Source: Myxococcota bacterium (GTDB taxonomy: Bacteria; Myxococcota_A; Polyangia; Nannocystales; Nannocystaceae). From it: DNA of 64,000 bases. Of the stretch, positions 41,273 through 50,466 are shown piece after piece. Location of the stretch: assembly GCA_039028615.1 (NCBI GenBank), contig JBCCHT010000001.1:672001-736000 (forward strand), written 5' to 3'. The stretch's first letter is position 1, and every line of letters begins with the position of its first letter. The notes under the pieces are model-generated. The model made no database searches, was not told where the DNA came from, and saw nothing but the letters and a program-made list of their open reading frames with translations. The position numbers and the translations under genes are program-made.

Positions 41273-43324
41273 ATGGATGGGATGTGGATCCAAGGGGTTT
41301 GTGGGGTGCTCGCGTGCGCCCTCGTGGGTGGCTGTGGCGATGACTTGCCGTCGAGCGACGGCACGGGCAGCAGCGGTAGCGGCTCGACCGGCGGCGGGAC
41401 GGCAACCACCACCGCCGACTCGGACTCGACCGCCGCGGCGGATACGACGGGAGACGAGGCCGGCGAAACGACCGGCGGCCAGGCATGGGACGGCACCTGG
41501 CCGCTGCTCGACTGCGACCCGCTGGTCCCGACCTATTGCGGCTTCCCCTTTCCCAACAACGTGTTCTCCGTCGAGGACGACGCCGCCCCCAGCGGTCGCC
41601 GCCTCGCGCTGAGCCAGGCGATCATGCCGCCCACCAACGGCGGCTTCCAGGGCGACCCGTTTGCGTTCAACGAGCGGGATGGCTTCTCCCCCGCGGGGTC
41701 GCTGCTGGCTCACCTGCCCGGCGCCACCGCGACCGGCCTGCCCGATCCGTTGAACATCGGCGACTCGATCGAGCCCGACTCGCCGACCATCGTGCTCGAT
41801 GTCGACACGGGGCAGCTGCTGCCCCACTTCTCGGAGATCGACGTGCGGGCCCCCGCCGAGGAGGCCTCGCTGATGATCCAACCCGCGATCGGCATGGAGT
41901 ACGAGCATCGCTACATCGTGGCGATTCGCGGCGTGGTCGACGATGGCGGCACCCTCGTGGAGCCCTCGCCCGCGTTCGCGGCCCTGCGCGACGGCACCGA
42001 GAGCGACGAGCCCTCCGTCGATGCACGCCGCGGCCTCTACGACGACATCTTCGAGCAGCTCGAGGCGGCCGGCGTCGACCGGGACGACCTCCAGCTGGCC
42101 TGGGACTTCACCGTCGCCAGCCGCGAGGACACCAGCGGACGCTTGCTCGCGATGCGGGACTCGGCCCTCGCTCAGGTCGGCGACGGACCGAACTACGAGA
42201 TCATGTCGGTCGAAGACGACGTCTCGGCGAGCATCTATCGGCGCATCGCGGGGGAGATCGAGGTCCCGCTCTTCCTCGACGATCCGGGCCCTGGCGGCGT
42301 CATCGAGCTGGGCAAGGACGGGACCCCCGTGCAAAACGGCACCGCCCGCTACGGCTTCACGATGATGGTCCCCTATGCGGCCCAGGGCGCCCCTGCGCCG
42401 GGCGTGCTGTTCGGCCACGGCCTGTTTGGCAGTCGCTCGCAGGTGGAGTCGCCGACCTTCGGCGACTTTTCGAACGCGGCCAACATCATCTTCGTGGGGC
42501 TCGACTTCATCGGCATGTCCTCCGAGGACCCGACGCTGGTGGGCCTCATCGTGTCCAACGGCAACCTCAGCGAGTTCCGCACGCTGCCCGATCGCCTGCA
42601 GCAGTCGCTGGTGAACTTCGAGCTGGCCAGCATCATGCTGCGTACGAGCATCGTCGATGACCCCGCCCTGGAGTTCGAGGGCAGCTCGATGCTCGACCCC
42701 ACGCAGACCATCTATTACGGCGGCAGCCAGGGCGGGATCATGGGCGCCAGCTACATGGCCATCGCCACCGAGGTCACCCGGGGCGTGCTGGCCGTGCCCG
42801 GTCAGCCCTACAACCTGTTGCTCGAGCGCAGCGTCAACTTCGATCCCTTCGCGGACATCATCGGCAGCACCTACCCGCAGGCCTTCGACCAGCAAATGTT
42901 GCTCGGGCTGGTGCAGATTCTGTGGGACCGCGCCGAGCCCTCCGGCTATGCGCGCCACATCATCAACGATCCGCTGCCCGGCACGCCCAGCCACGAGGTC
43001 TTGCTGCTCGACTCGATCGGCGACCACCAGGTCACGACCCTCGGCGCCCACGTCATGGCGCGCAGCATCGGCGTGCCGCTGCTCGCCCCCGCGGTGCGAC
43101 CGGTCTGGGGCCTCGAAGAAGTCGAGGGCGCCGAGGTCAGCTCCGCTCTGGGCGAGTACGACTTCGGATTGCCGCCCGAGCCGCTGGTCAACGAGCCCAT
43201 GCGCGAGGGCGTCGACCCGCACGGCTCGCTGACCGACGTGCCTGCCGCGGTACAGACGGCCACGACCTTCATGCTCAGCGGTGACGTCGTGAACTACTGC
43301 GATGGCGTCTGCGACCCGGGCTGA
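41273..43324 (+). CDS. Lipoprotein with alpha/beta-hydrolase-like domain
   Basis: VGGC lipobox; FPFPNN, DGFSP, FGHGLFGS, nucleophile elbow GGSQGG, GDHQV, DPH. Confidence 0.8.
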   Translation: MDGMWIQGVCGVLACALVGGCGDDLPSSDGTGSSGSGSTGGGTATTTADSDSTAAADTTGDEAGETTGGQAWDGTWPLLDCDPLVPTYCGFPFPNNVFSVEDDAAPSGRRLALSQAIMPPTNGGFQGDPFAFNERDGFSPAGSLLAHLPGATATGLPDPLNIGDSIEPDSPTIVLDVDTGQLLPHFSEIDVRAPAEEASLMIQPAIGMEYEHRYIVAIRGVVDDGGTLVEPSPAFAALRDGTESDEPSVDARRGLYDDIFEQLEAAGVDRDDLQLAWDFTVASREDTSGRLLAMRDSALAQVGDGPNYEIMSVEDDVSASIYRRIAGEIEVPLFLDDPGPGGVIELGKDGTPVQNGTARYGFTMMVPYAAQGAPAPGVLFGHGLFGSRSQVESPTFGDFSNAANIIFVGLDFIGMSSEDPTLVGLIVSNGNLSEFRTLPDRLQQSLVNFELASIMLRTSIVDDPALEFEGSSMLDPTQTIYYGGSQGGIMGASYMAIATEVTRGVLAVPGQPYNLLLERSVNFDPFADIIGSTYPQAFDQQMLLGLVQILWDRAEPSGYARHIINDPLPGTPSHEVLLLDSIGDHQVTTLGAHVMARSIGVPLLAPAVRPVWGLEEVEGAEVSSALGEYDFGLPPEPLVNEPMREGVDPHGSLTDVPAAVQTATTFMLSGDVVNYCDGVCDPG

Positions 43325-44262
43325 CCACCCCCGCCGATGTCGCTCAGCGGCGGGTCTTCGATGCGCAGCAGCTCGAAGCCCGCCGCGTGGGGTCGAAACC
43401 AGAACCGGTGGTTGACCTCGTTGCCGCTGTCGGTCTTCACGTACAGGCCTTCGGGCGTGGGTCGCACGAACAAGATCCGCGCCCCGGGCCGCTCCGCCAT
43501 GCACATGGGCTGCAAGATGGGGATCATCAGCTCGGTCAGCTGCTCTTCACGACGATGCCAGACCGGCTGCGGATGCGGCGGCGGATAGCCAGTGCCCGGC
43601 ATGTCCAGGGCCGCCGCCAGGGCCTGCGCCTCGCTCGGTAGGCTCACCCCGGCTCCGACGGCACTGACCCAACGCAAGCACAGCTCGACGCACCGCAGGG
43701 CCGACTCCGGGTCGAGGGTGGCATTGGGATAGCGCAGCTCGACGGTCCCAAAGTCGTACCAGGCCGAGACGTTGATGCCCGAGCGTGCAGCTTCGGGGCG
43801 CCCGGCGTGACGCAACGCCGCCTCGCACGGGTCGGCGGCATGGGCATCACACTGGGCGGCCGTCACCGCGGGGCAATACAGCATGCGGTGCTCTGCCGTC
43901 GCGAACAGCTCCCGCAAGGCCGACTGGGTCTGGAGCGCCGCCTCGAGCACAGCGGGGAGCACTGCGCTCCCCCAGCTGGCCAAGTCGACGTGCACGTGCA
44001 GGCCACAGCTCCAGTTGACCACGCCGCCCGCCTCCGCAATTGCTCGCAGGCCCGCCGCGATGCCCTCTCGCTGGGCCCATCGCAGCGGCGACGGCTTGAT
44101 CTCCCCCCCGGAGAACTCGCCGGTCATCGCCAGCATGCGCTCCGAGGGGTCGAGGCTCCACCCCCGCGGCAACACGACGCGCGAGGCGTCGGTCTCGGCG
44201 AACTCGAGCTCGACGCCGAAACGCAGCTGGCGAAAATCGACCTCGCGCGGCCAGCCGCTCAT
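43294..44262 (-). CDS. Putative amidoligase (COOH-NH2 ligase, Amidoligase_2-like)
   Basis: FGVELEF, EIKPSPL, SCGLHVHVD, GTVELR; 3' end overlaps the convergent gene by 31 nt. Confidence 0.82.
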   Translation of the reverse strand: MSGWPREVDFRQLRFGVELEFAETDASRVVLPRGWSLDPSERMLAMTGEFSGGEIKPSPLRWAQREGIAAGLRAIAEAGGVVNWSCGLHVHVDLASWGSAVLPAVLEAALQTQSALRELFATAEHRMLYCPAVTAAQCDAHAADPCEAALRHAGRPEAARSGINVSAWYDFGTVELRYPNATLDPESALRCVELCLRWVSAVGAGVSLPSEAQALAAALDMPGTGYPPPHPQPVWHRREEQLTELMIPILQPMCMAERPGARILFVRPTPEGLYVKTDSGNEVNHRFWFRPHAAGFELLRIEDPPLSDIGGGGQPGSQTPSQ

Positions 44263-44268
44263 CGTCGC

Positions 44269-44865
44269 TCACCTCGCGGGCGGCCAGAAGCACAGCCCGT
44301 TGCCGCACTGCATGCCGTCGGGGCAGGTCTGGCCCGCGCTGCAGTCGAGCCCGCACGCGTTGTCGCCCCCCTCGAGGATCGGCGCGCAGATGACCTCGGC
44401 CGTACCCGTGGTGGGCGGGTTGAAGCAGTCGCAGGTGTCCTCGCAGCCGGAGATGGTGCAGATGTTGCCGCCCTTGATGTCGGCCGAGCTCAGGCAGGTC
44501 AAAAAGCCCATGTTGTCGGGCGTGCCCATCCAGTTGCACATCGTGTTGTCGATGTTGCCCGCCTCGTTGATGCACGCGTTCCACTCGCCGACGACGGGCG
44601 GGTCGCATAGCGGTCCCCCGCCGCTGCTGCTGCCGTCCGCACCGTCGCTCGAAGAGCCCTCGGCGGCGCCCGTGCTGGTCTCGCCCTCGCCCCCACCGCT
44701 GCTGCTGCCCGGGGTCGCTTCGCTGGTATTGCCGGTCGTCGTCGCGGGCGTGTCTACGCCGGTCGAGGCCGCGGCGGTGGTCTCTTCACCACCATCGTCT
44801 CCGGGACAGGCCCCGAGGGCGAACAACGCAAGGCTACCAACGATCAATCCAGGCACGAGTCGCAT
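44269..44865 (-). CDS. Cysteine-rich lipoprotein
   Basis: LGAC lipobox, Ser/Thr/Gly linker, Cys-rich C-domain ending CPDGMQCGNGLCFW. Confidence 0.8.
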   Translation of the reverse strand: MRLVPGLIVGSLALFALGACPGDDGGEETTAAASTGVDTPATTTGNTSEATPGSSSGGGEGETSTGAAEGSSSDGADGSSSGGGPLCDPPVVGEWNACINEAGNIDNTMCNWMGTPDNMGFLTCLSSADIKGGNICTISGCEDTCDCFNPPTTGTAEVICAPILEGGDNACGLDCSAGQTCPDGMQCGNGLCFWPPAR

Positions 44866-45011
44866 GCCATCAGCTTGGCGTAGTTCGCGTCGGAAGTCAC
44901 GAAACCGCCAGTGAGATGCATGGCCGCCGCGCCTCGAATCTTCGACACAATCCGAGACGGCCGTGGCCAATCCCGTCTCGAGCCCCGCACTCGAGATGGG
45001 GACCGAAGCGC

Positions 45012-45926
45012 TCAGTCGAGCCCGGTATGCGTCAGCCGTAGAATCTCGAAGATGGCGCGCGAGGCCGGAGACTTGTTGAGCGTATAGAAGTGAATCCCCG
45101 CGACCGACGGCCGGCCCTTGGTGAACAAGTCGGGGCTGGGTGGGCGCAGAAGCTCGCCGCATTGCCGCGCCGCATAGGACACGCCCGTCCAGAACACCTC
45201 CTGGGGGTCGCTCTCGGCCTCGCGCAGCCGCTCGTGCAGGGGCTCGGGAATCGACGCGCCGCACATCTGGGTGAAGCGCTGGATCTGCGACACGTTGGTC
45301 ACGGGCATGATGCCGGCCAAGATCGGGACGTTGATCCCCGCGCCGCGGGCCCGCTGCTCGAACGAGAAGAAGCGCTCGTTGTCGAAGAAGAGCTGGCTGA
45401 CCAGGAAGTCGGCTCCCGCGTCGACCTTGCCCCGCAGGTGCGAAAGATCCGACGCGGCATGCGTGGCCTCGGGGTGGACCTCGGGATAGCAGGCCGCCCC
45501 CACGCAGAAGTCACCGCGCTCGCGGATGAAGGGGATGAGCTCGCTGGCGTAGGCGAAGCCACCGGGCGTGGCCTCGAAGTTCTCCTGCCCCTTGGGCGGG
45601 TCGCCGCGCAGCGCCAGGATGTTGCGCACCCCGGCCTCGCCGAGCCGGTCGATGACCTCGGCCAGCTCCTCGCGGGTGGACCCCACGCAGGTCAGGTGGG
45701 CCATGGCCTCGATCCCGAACTCCTTTTTGATGCGCGCCACGATCTCGCGCGTGCGAGCGCGGGTGGTGCCGCCCGCCCCGTAGGTGACGGAGACGAAGTC
45801 GGGCTCGAGTGGGGCCAGCCGCTCCAGCGCACGCAGGAGGTTGGCCTCCCCCTTGGGGGTCTTGGGGGGAAAGAACTCGAAGCTGAACACCGGTCGTTTG
45901 TGCTCGAGCCGCTCGCGAATCAGCAT
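45012..45926 (-). CDS. metF: 5,10-methylenetetrahydrofolate reductase
   Basis: FSFEFFPPK, FVSVTYGAGG, MAHLTC, LALRGDPP, AACYPEVH, SQLFFD, HFYTLN. Confidence 0.97.
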   Translation of the reverse strand: MLIRERLEHKRPVFSFEFFPPKTPKGEANLLRALERLAPLEPDFVSVTYGAGGTTRARTREIVARIKKEFGIEAMAHLTCVGSTREELAEVIDRLGEAGVRNILALRGDPPKGQENFEATPGGFAYASELIPFIRERGDFCVGAACYPEVHPEATHAASDLSHLRGKVDAGADFLVSQLFFDNERFFSFEQRARGAGINVPILAGIMPVTNVSQIQRFTQMCGASIPEPLHERLREAESDPQEVFWTGVSYAARQCGELLRPPSPDLFTKGRPSVAGIHFYTLNKSPASRAIFEILRLTHTGLD

Positions 45927-45953
45927 GGTCCGCGAGCATAGCCCGGGCCCGGC

Positions 45954-46003
45954 AAAGACAAAACGCCCGCGGAACGAGGCGGATCGACCTCTTCCCGCGG
46001 GCG
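45954..46003 (-). terminator. Intrinsic terminator after the cyclophilin gene
   Basis: Minus strand CGCCCGCGGGAAGAGG-tcgatccg-CCTCGTTCCGCGGGCG followed by TTTTGTCTTT. Confidence 0.8.
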
Positions 46004-46042
46004 CAGTCGCTCCCGTGCGGACTCGCCCGCCGGGGCCTTTCG

Positions 46043-46561
46043 CTAGCCCTTGTTGATCGTGACCTTGACCATCTTCACCGGGGTGCGGGGGCGATCGCCC
46101 GGGCCGGTCTGCGTGGTGCCGATCTTGTTGACCACGTCCATGCCGTCGATGACCCGACCGAACACGGGGTGCTTGGAGGGGCCGGGCGAGAACCAGTCGA
46201 GGTAGTCGTTGTGGACCGTGTTGATGAAGAACTGGCAGCTGCCGCTGCGGGGACGGCCGGTGTTGGCCATGGACAGGGTCCCCGGCTCGTTGGAGAGCTT
46301 GGCGTTTTCGGGGTGCTCATCGTCGATGGGGCCGTGGGGGCTGTCGCCCGTGCCCGCGCGCTGGCTGTTGGGGTCGCGGCTATGCGGGCACCCGAACTGA
46401 ATCATGAAATTCGCGATCACGCGGTGGAAGTGGAGCCCGTCGTAGAAGCCTTCGCTGGCCAACTTGACGAAGTTCCCGGCCGTGATCGGCATCTTGTCCG
46501 CGTACAGCTCGACAGTGAACGTGCCGAGCGAGGTCTCCATGGTCGCCGTAGGGTTGGCCAT
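46043..46561 (-). CDS. Cyclophilin-type peptidyl-prolyl cis-trans isomerase
   Basis: [45 protein letters not shown]. Confidence 0.95.
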   Translation of the reverse strand: MANPTATMETSLGTFTVELYADKMPITAGNFVKLASEGFYDGLHFHRVIANFMIQFGCPHSRDPNSQRAGTGDSPHGPIDDEHPENAKLSNEPGTLSMANTGRPRSGSCQFFINTVHNDYLDWFSPGPSKHPVFGRVIDGMDVVNKIGTTQTGPGDRPRTPVKMVKVTINKG

Positions 46562-46594
46562 GGGCGAACGAGTACCAAACTCCCGGGGGCAGCG

Positions 46595-47392
46595 TCACCC
46601 CGGCGCGAGCCAGACGTCCGCCGACTCCACCCGAAAGGGCGGTGCCCCCGGCTGCGGACGCACCCACAGCGCACCGTCCTCGTCGATGCGCTCGGCGACA
46701 CCGCGGCGGGCCCCGGCGGGCGCGGTCATGTCGCCCACCTCGATGGTGCGGCCCAAGACCTCGCAATACGGCAGATAACGGTCGCGAATGGCCGAAAAAC
46801 CGCCCATGAAGAACGGCTCGATGGCGGACTGCAGCGATTGCAGCAACGCCGCGAGCAGCTGCCCGCGACCGAGCACCGGGTCGCTCGCTTCCATCGCCAG
46901 GCTCGTGGCTCGCGTGCGCAGGTCGTCGGGAAACTCGCGGCCGTAGACGTTGATGCCGAAGCCGACCACGACCTCGGGACTGTCACCAACCCAACGGGCC
47001 TCACACAAGATGCCGCCGAGCTTGCGGCCGCCCACCAGCAGGTCGTTGGGCCACTTGAGCGCGACCGGCTCGCGGGTGGCCGGCAATCCTTCGCGCAAGC
47101 CCACGCCGACGGCGAGCCCGAGCGCCCCGAAGCGCTCCGGGGCCGGGAGCGTCCCGGGGCGCAGCAGCAGCGAGACGTAGAGGTTGTCGCCCGGGGGCGA
47201 AAACCACTGCCGACCCCGTCGACCGCGACCGGCCGTCTGCGCGTCGGCGGTGACCACCGCCCCGTGCGGCGCCCCTTCACGCAGCCACTCGAGCCCCCGA
47301 TCGTTGGTCGACCCCAACGACGCGTGGTGCTCGTGCTCGGCTCCGTAGTCTCCGCGCCGCAGCTGCGGCAAGCTCGGCAGGTCGTCGCTCAC
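46595..47392 (-). CDS. birA: Biotin--[acetyl-CoA-carboxylase] ligase (no HTH)
   Basis: STND, QTAGRGRRGRQWFSP, LKWPNDL, KLGGILCE, VGFGINV; GTG start coupled to the nadC stop. Confidence 0.93.
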   Translation of the reverse strand: MSDDLPSLPQLRRGDYGAEHEHHASLGSTNDRGLEWLREGAPHGAVVTADAQTAGRGRRGRQWFSPPGDNLYVSLLLRPGTLPAPERFGALGLAVGVGLREGLPATREPVALKWPNDLLVGGRKLGGILCEARWVGDSPEVVVGFGINVYGREFPDDLRTRATSLAMEASDPVLGRGQLLAALLQSLQSAIEPFFMGGFSAIRDRYLPYCEVLGRTIEVGDMTAPAGARRGVAERIDEDGALWVRPQPGAPPFRVESADVWLAPG

Positions 47393-48237
47393 TTCGGCTT
47401 CTCGCCGAAGAGCATGGAGATGTCGGCCGCTTTCGCGCTGTGGGTCAGGGCCCCGACGCTGATCACGTCGACCCCCATGCCCGCGAGCTTCTTGACCCGA
47501 TCGAGCGTGATCCCGCCGCTGACCTCCACGATCGCCCGACGGCCGACCCGGGACACCGCGGCCATGACCCGCTCGTCGTCCATGTTGTCGAGCAGGACCG
47601 CGTCGGCCCCCGCGTCGAGGGCCGCATCGAGCTCGGCGAAATCGGTCACCTCGCACTCGACCCGCAGCGGGTGCGGAGCTCGCTTGCGTGCGGCTCGGAC
47701 CGCCGCCTCCACCCCGCCCGCGCAGCGGATGTGGTTTTCCTTGATCAGCACGCCGCCGCCGAGGTCGTTGCGGTGGTTGTAGCCGCCGCCGCAGCGCACG
47801 GCATACCGCTGGAGTCGCCGCAGGCCGGGCGTGGTCTTGCGGGTGTCGCAGATCCGAGCCTTGCCGGCCGCCGCATCCGCGAAGATGCGGGTCATCGTGG
47901 CCACGCCGGACATGCGCTGGATCAGGTTGAGCGCCGTGCGCTCGCCCGCGAGCAGAGCCCGGGCGTTGCCCTCGACGCGCGCGAGCTCGGCCCCCGGCCC
48001 CACCCGGTTGCCCTCGGCCGCGATCGCGGAAAACCGCACGCTGCCGTCGAGGCGCGAGAACACGCGGCCGGCCACGAACAAGCCGCACACGACCAGGGGC
48101 GCCTTGGCCACCAGGCGAGCCTCGGCCTTCAGCCCGGGCGGCACGGTGGCGGCACTGGTGACGTCACCTCCGCCCAGGTCCTCGGCCAGCGCCCGCTCGA
48201 TGACGGCATCAACATCTCCAAGATCGACATTCCACAT
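47389..48237 (-). CDS. nadC: Nicotinate-nucleotide pyrophosphorylase (quinolinate phosphoribosyltransferase)
   Basis: EDLGGGDVTS, ERTALN, DTRKTTPGLR, LIKENH, LLDNM, EVSGGI, ISVGALTHS. Confidence 0.97.
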   Translation of the reverse strand: MWNVDLGDVDAVIERALAEDLGGGDVTSAATVPPGLKAEARLVAKAPLVVCGLFVAGRVFSRLDGSVRFSAIAAEGNRVGPGAELARVEGNARALLAGERTALNLIQRMSGVATMTRIFADAAAGKARICDTRKTTPGLRRLQRYAVRCGGGYNHRNDLGGGVLIKENHIRCAGGVEAAVRAARKRAPHPLRVECEVTDFAELDAALDAGADAVLLDNMDDERVMAAVSRVGRRAIVEVSGGITLDRVKKLAGMGVDVISVGALTHSAKAADISMLFGEKPK

Positions 48238-48293
48238 GGGCTCGTCTCGTCCTTCGCTCGTTCACTCTTCGTTGGGGCCACCGTCGCCGCGGC

Positions 48294-48971
48294 TCAGGCC
48301 GGGCGCGGGGCTCTCCAGATCTGAGGCGCCCAGCCCCGCCGCGACGCGACGCGGCGCAGGCGGGGGTCGGGGTTGATCACGCGAGGCTCCCCCACCCGCT
48401 CGAGCATCGGCAGGTCGGAGTAGCTGTCGCTGTAAAAGAAGCTCTCCTCGAGGGAGATGCCGTGCTCGGTGGCGAAGTGCTCGGCCCGCACGACCTTGCC
48501 CTGCCCGTAGCAGGACGGCCGCTCGTGGGTCCCGGTGAAGCGCCCCTGCACCTCGCCGACCTCGGTGCACAAGATGTGCTCCACGCCCAGCGCCCGACCG
48601 ACCGGCGCGGACAGGAAACGGGTCGCCGAGGTCAGCAGCACCAGCACGTGCCCCTGCGCCCGATGGTGCTCCACGTGCTGGCGCGCCTCGGTGCAGATCG
48701 TCGCTTCGATCTCGCTGCCGAACCAGTGGGCCACCTCGCGCTCGACCGGCGCGACCTCTTGCCCCTCGTACTGCGCGATCACGCGCCCGGCCACCGAGTC
48801 GAAATCGAGGATGCCGAACTTGTACTGGACCGACCACCACAGCGCACGGATGAGCTCGAGCACCCCCATGCGCTTGTTCCTCCACTGATGCCCGATCCAC
48901 TTCGTCCCCGAGTTCACTTCGAGCACGGTGTGGTCGATATCGAAGAAGGCGGCGATGCGGCCTTCGGTCAT
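48294..48971 (-). CDS. HAD-IB family hydrolase
   Basis: AFFDIDHTV, LLTSA, GKV, FYSDSYSDLPML, INPDPRL; ATG overlaps the upstream stop. Confidence 0.92.
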   Translation of the reverse strand: MTEGRIAAFFDIDHTVLEVNSGTKWIGHQWRNKRMGVLELIRALWWSVQYKFGILDFDSVAGRVIAQYEGQEVAPVEREVAHWFGSEIEATICTEARQHVEHHRAQGHVLVLLTSATRFLSAPVGRALGVEHILCTEVGEVQGRFTGTHERPSCYGQGKVVRAEHFATEHGISLEESFFYSDSYSDLPMLERVGEPRVINPDPRLRRVASRRGWAPQIWRAPRPA

Positions 48972-49822
48972 GACGGGAACGTACTGGCGATGAGCACGGC
49001 CATCAACAGGTTGGACGCGGCGTGAAACAGCGCTGGAGCCCACAGGCTCCCCGATCGGCGCCAGAGCCACGAAAACACCAGCGCGGGGAAGAACGTGGCC
49101 AGCCGAGCCGCCTCCGCCATGCCCACCAAGTGCCCCACCGCGAACAGGAAGCTCGCGAGCACCGCGGCGAAGCCGATGCGGGCCCCCAAGATCCGCCGCT
49201 GCGGCGGCCAACGCTCCTCGAGCGCGCTCATGAGGTAGCCGCGGTGGAAGACCTCCTCCGGCAGCGCGACCGCGAAGATCTCGACCGCGACCGCGAGCAC
49301 CCCACCCAAGCCTCCGTAGGCGAGCCACGCCGCGGGCAAGCGCAGCTGCTCCGGCCACAGTCCACCCTGGTGGGGCCGACACAGCCGCGACAGGTAATCG
49401 CTCAGGCCCCCCGCCCACGGGGTGAGTTCCTCGATCCACAGCACGGGGCCGAGCAGCCCCAGGTCGCCCCGGCAGACCCGCTCGTAGAACAAGAAGAACC
49501 CGACCACGAAGATCGGAAACACCACCGCGCAGGCGAGCGCGGCCACCCGAGCCCCGCGCCAGCTCCACTCGGGCACGACCCGTCCCGGGCCGACCTGATA
49601 TCGAGCCTGGCGCTGCGGGTCGTCACGCAGCAACCAGCCGGGCAGAAAATAGAACGCGGCGACGAGCGCCAAGTAGCGCACGTCGCTGGGCAGCGGCAGC
49701 TGACTGAGCACCAGGTAGCCGAGGTAGACCCCCAGCGTCACCAGGATTGCCTGCCGAGCGAGGGCCGGCTTCGGCTCGTCCGTCGAGGGGCTCGACGATC
49801 CGGTGGGCTCCGCGTCGGTCAC
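48968..49822 (-). CDS. CPBP (CAAX/Abi) glutamic intramembrane protease, myxosortase-like
   Basis: VALPEEVFHRGY, FAVGH, FFPALVFSWL, FHAASN motifs; multiple TMs. Confidence 0.85.
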   Translation of the reverse strand: MTDAEPTGSSSPSTDEPKPALARQAILVTLGVYLGYLVLSQLPLPSDVRYLALVAAFYFLPGWLLRDDPQRQARYQVGPGRVVPEWSWRGARVAALACAVVFPIFVVGFFLFYERVCRGDLGLLGPVLWIEELTPWAGGLSDYLSRLCRPHQGGLWPEQLRLPAAWLAYGGLGGVLAVAVEIFAVALPEEVFHRGYLMSALEERWPPQRRILGARIGFAAVLASFLFAVGHLVGMAEAARLATFFPALVFSWLWRRSGSLWAPALFHAASNLLMAVLIASTFPS

Positions 49823-49880
49823 GTGGCGGGCATGATACGGCCAGCGCTCGCACGCGCGAGCCGGGGCGGCCGGGGCCCGC

Positions 49881-50327
49881 TCACTTCATGCGAGCGGCTA
49901 GCCGCGCCAGCCGACGCCGCAGGCTCTCGAGCGTCTCGTTGAGCATGTCGACGTGATCGAGCACCGTGGTGTCGCCCGCGACCTCGATGACCTCCTTGCG
50001 ACCGAGGGTCTCGGTCTCCAGCAGGCCCATCGTGCGGATCAAGAACGCCTCGATGTGGTGGATCGCCAGCGCGGTCTCCCGCAGGTCGTCGTCGACGAAG
50101 AGCAGGAGATTTTCGATGTTCTCCACGCCCAGCAGCGCCGCGTTGCGCGGATGGGGCTTGGTCGCGCGATCCATCAGCCGATCACGGGCACGTGCGCGAC
50201 GACCGCTGCGACGGCGCTCGCGGCCATGGTCCGGCACCGCGCTCAGATGGGCCCCTCCCTCGTCCTTGGGGGGAGTCGACACCTCGGGTGCACGAAAGGC
50301 GGTGGGATTGGTCGCGGGCACGCTCAT
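49881..50327 (-). CDS. Hypothetical protein (helical)
   Basis: MSVPATNP... preceded by GGAAGG; ordered helical C-terminal half (ENLLLFVDDDLRETALA...). Confidence 0.65.
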   Translation of the reverse strand: MSVPATNPTAFRAPEVSTPPKDEGGAHLSAVPDHGRERRRSGRRARARDRLMDRATKPHPRNAALLGVENIENLLLFVDDDLRETALAIHHIEAFLIRTMGLLETETLGRKEVIEVAGDTTVLDHVDMLNETLESLRRRLARLAARMK

Positions 50328-50466
50328 GTCGCCTTCCGCGATGGCACGCGGGCTGGGCCCCGAGCAAGTTTTCCACCAACTTGCCTTGCGGCGACGCGGA
50401 TTGTAGGGATCCTTACATCGAGGCCAGGCACCGTTGCTGGGGTGCGTACCATGGCCTTGGCGGGAT

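Noticed and set aside
41096..43504. 802-aa minus-strand ORF
   Set aside because: Antisense shadow of the hydrolase-like lipoprotein
45927..46042. Possible SAM/SAH riboswitch upstream of metF
   Set aside because: No recognisable aptamer consensus; the hairpin is explained as the cyclophilin terminator and metF has its own -10 box
29553..49822. MYXO-CTERM protein and myxosortase-like protease as a dedicated pair
   Set aside because: 18 kb apart; MYXO-CTERM proteins are numerous in such genomes, so co-location is probably chance
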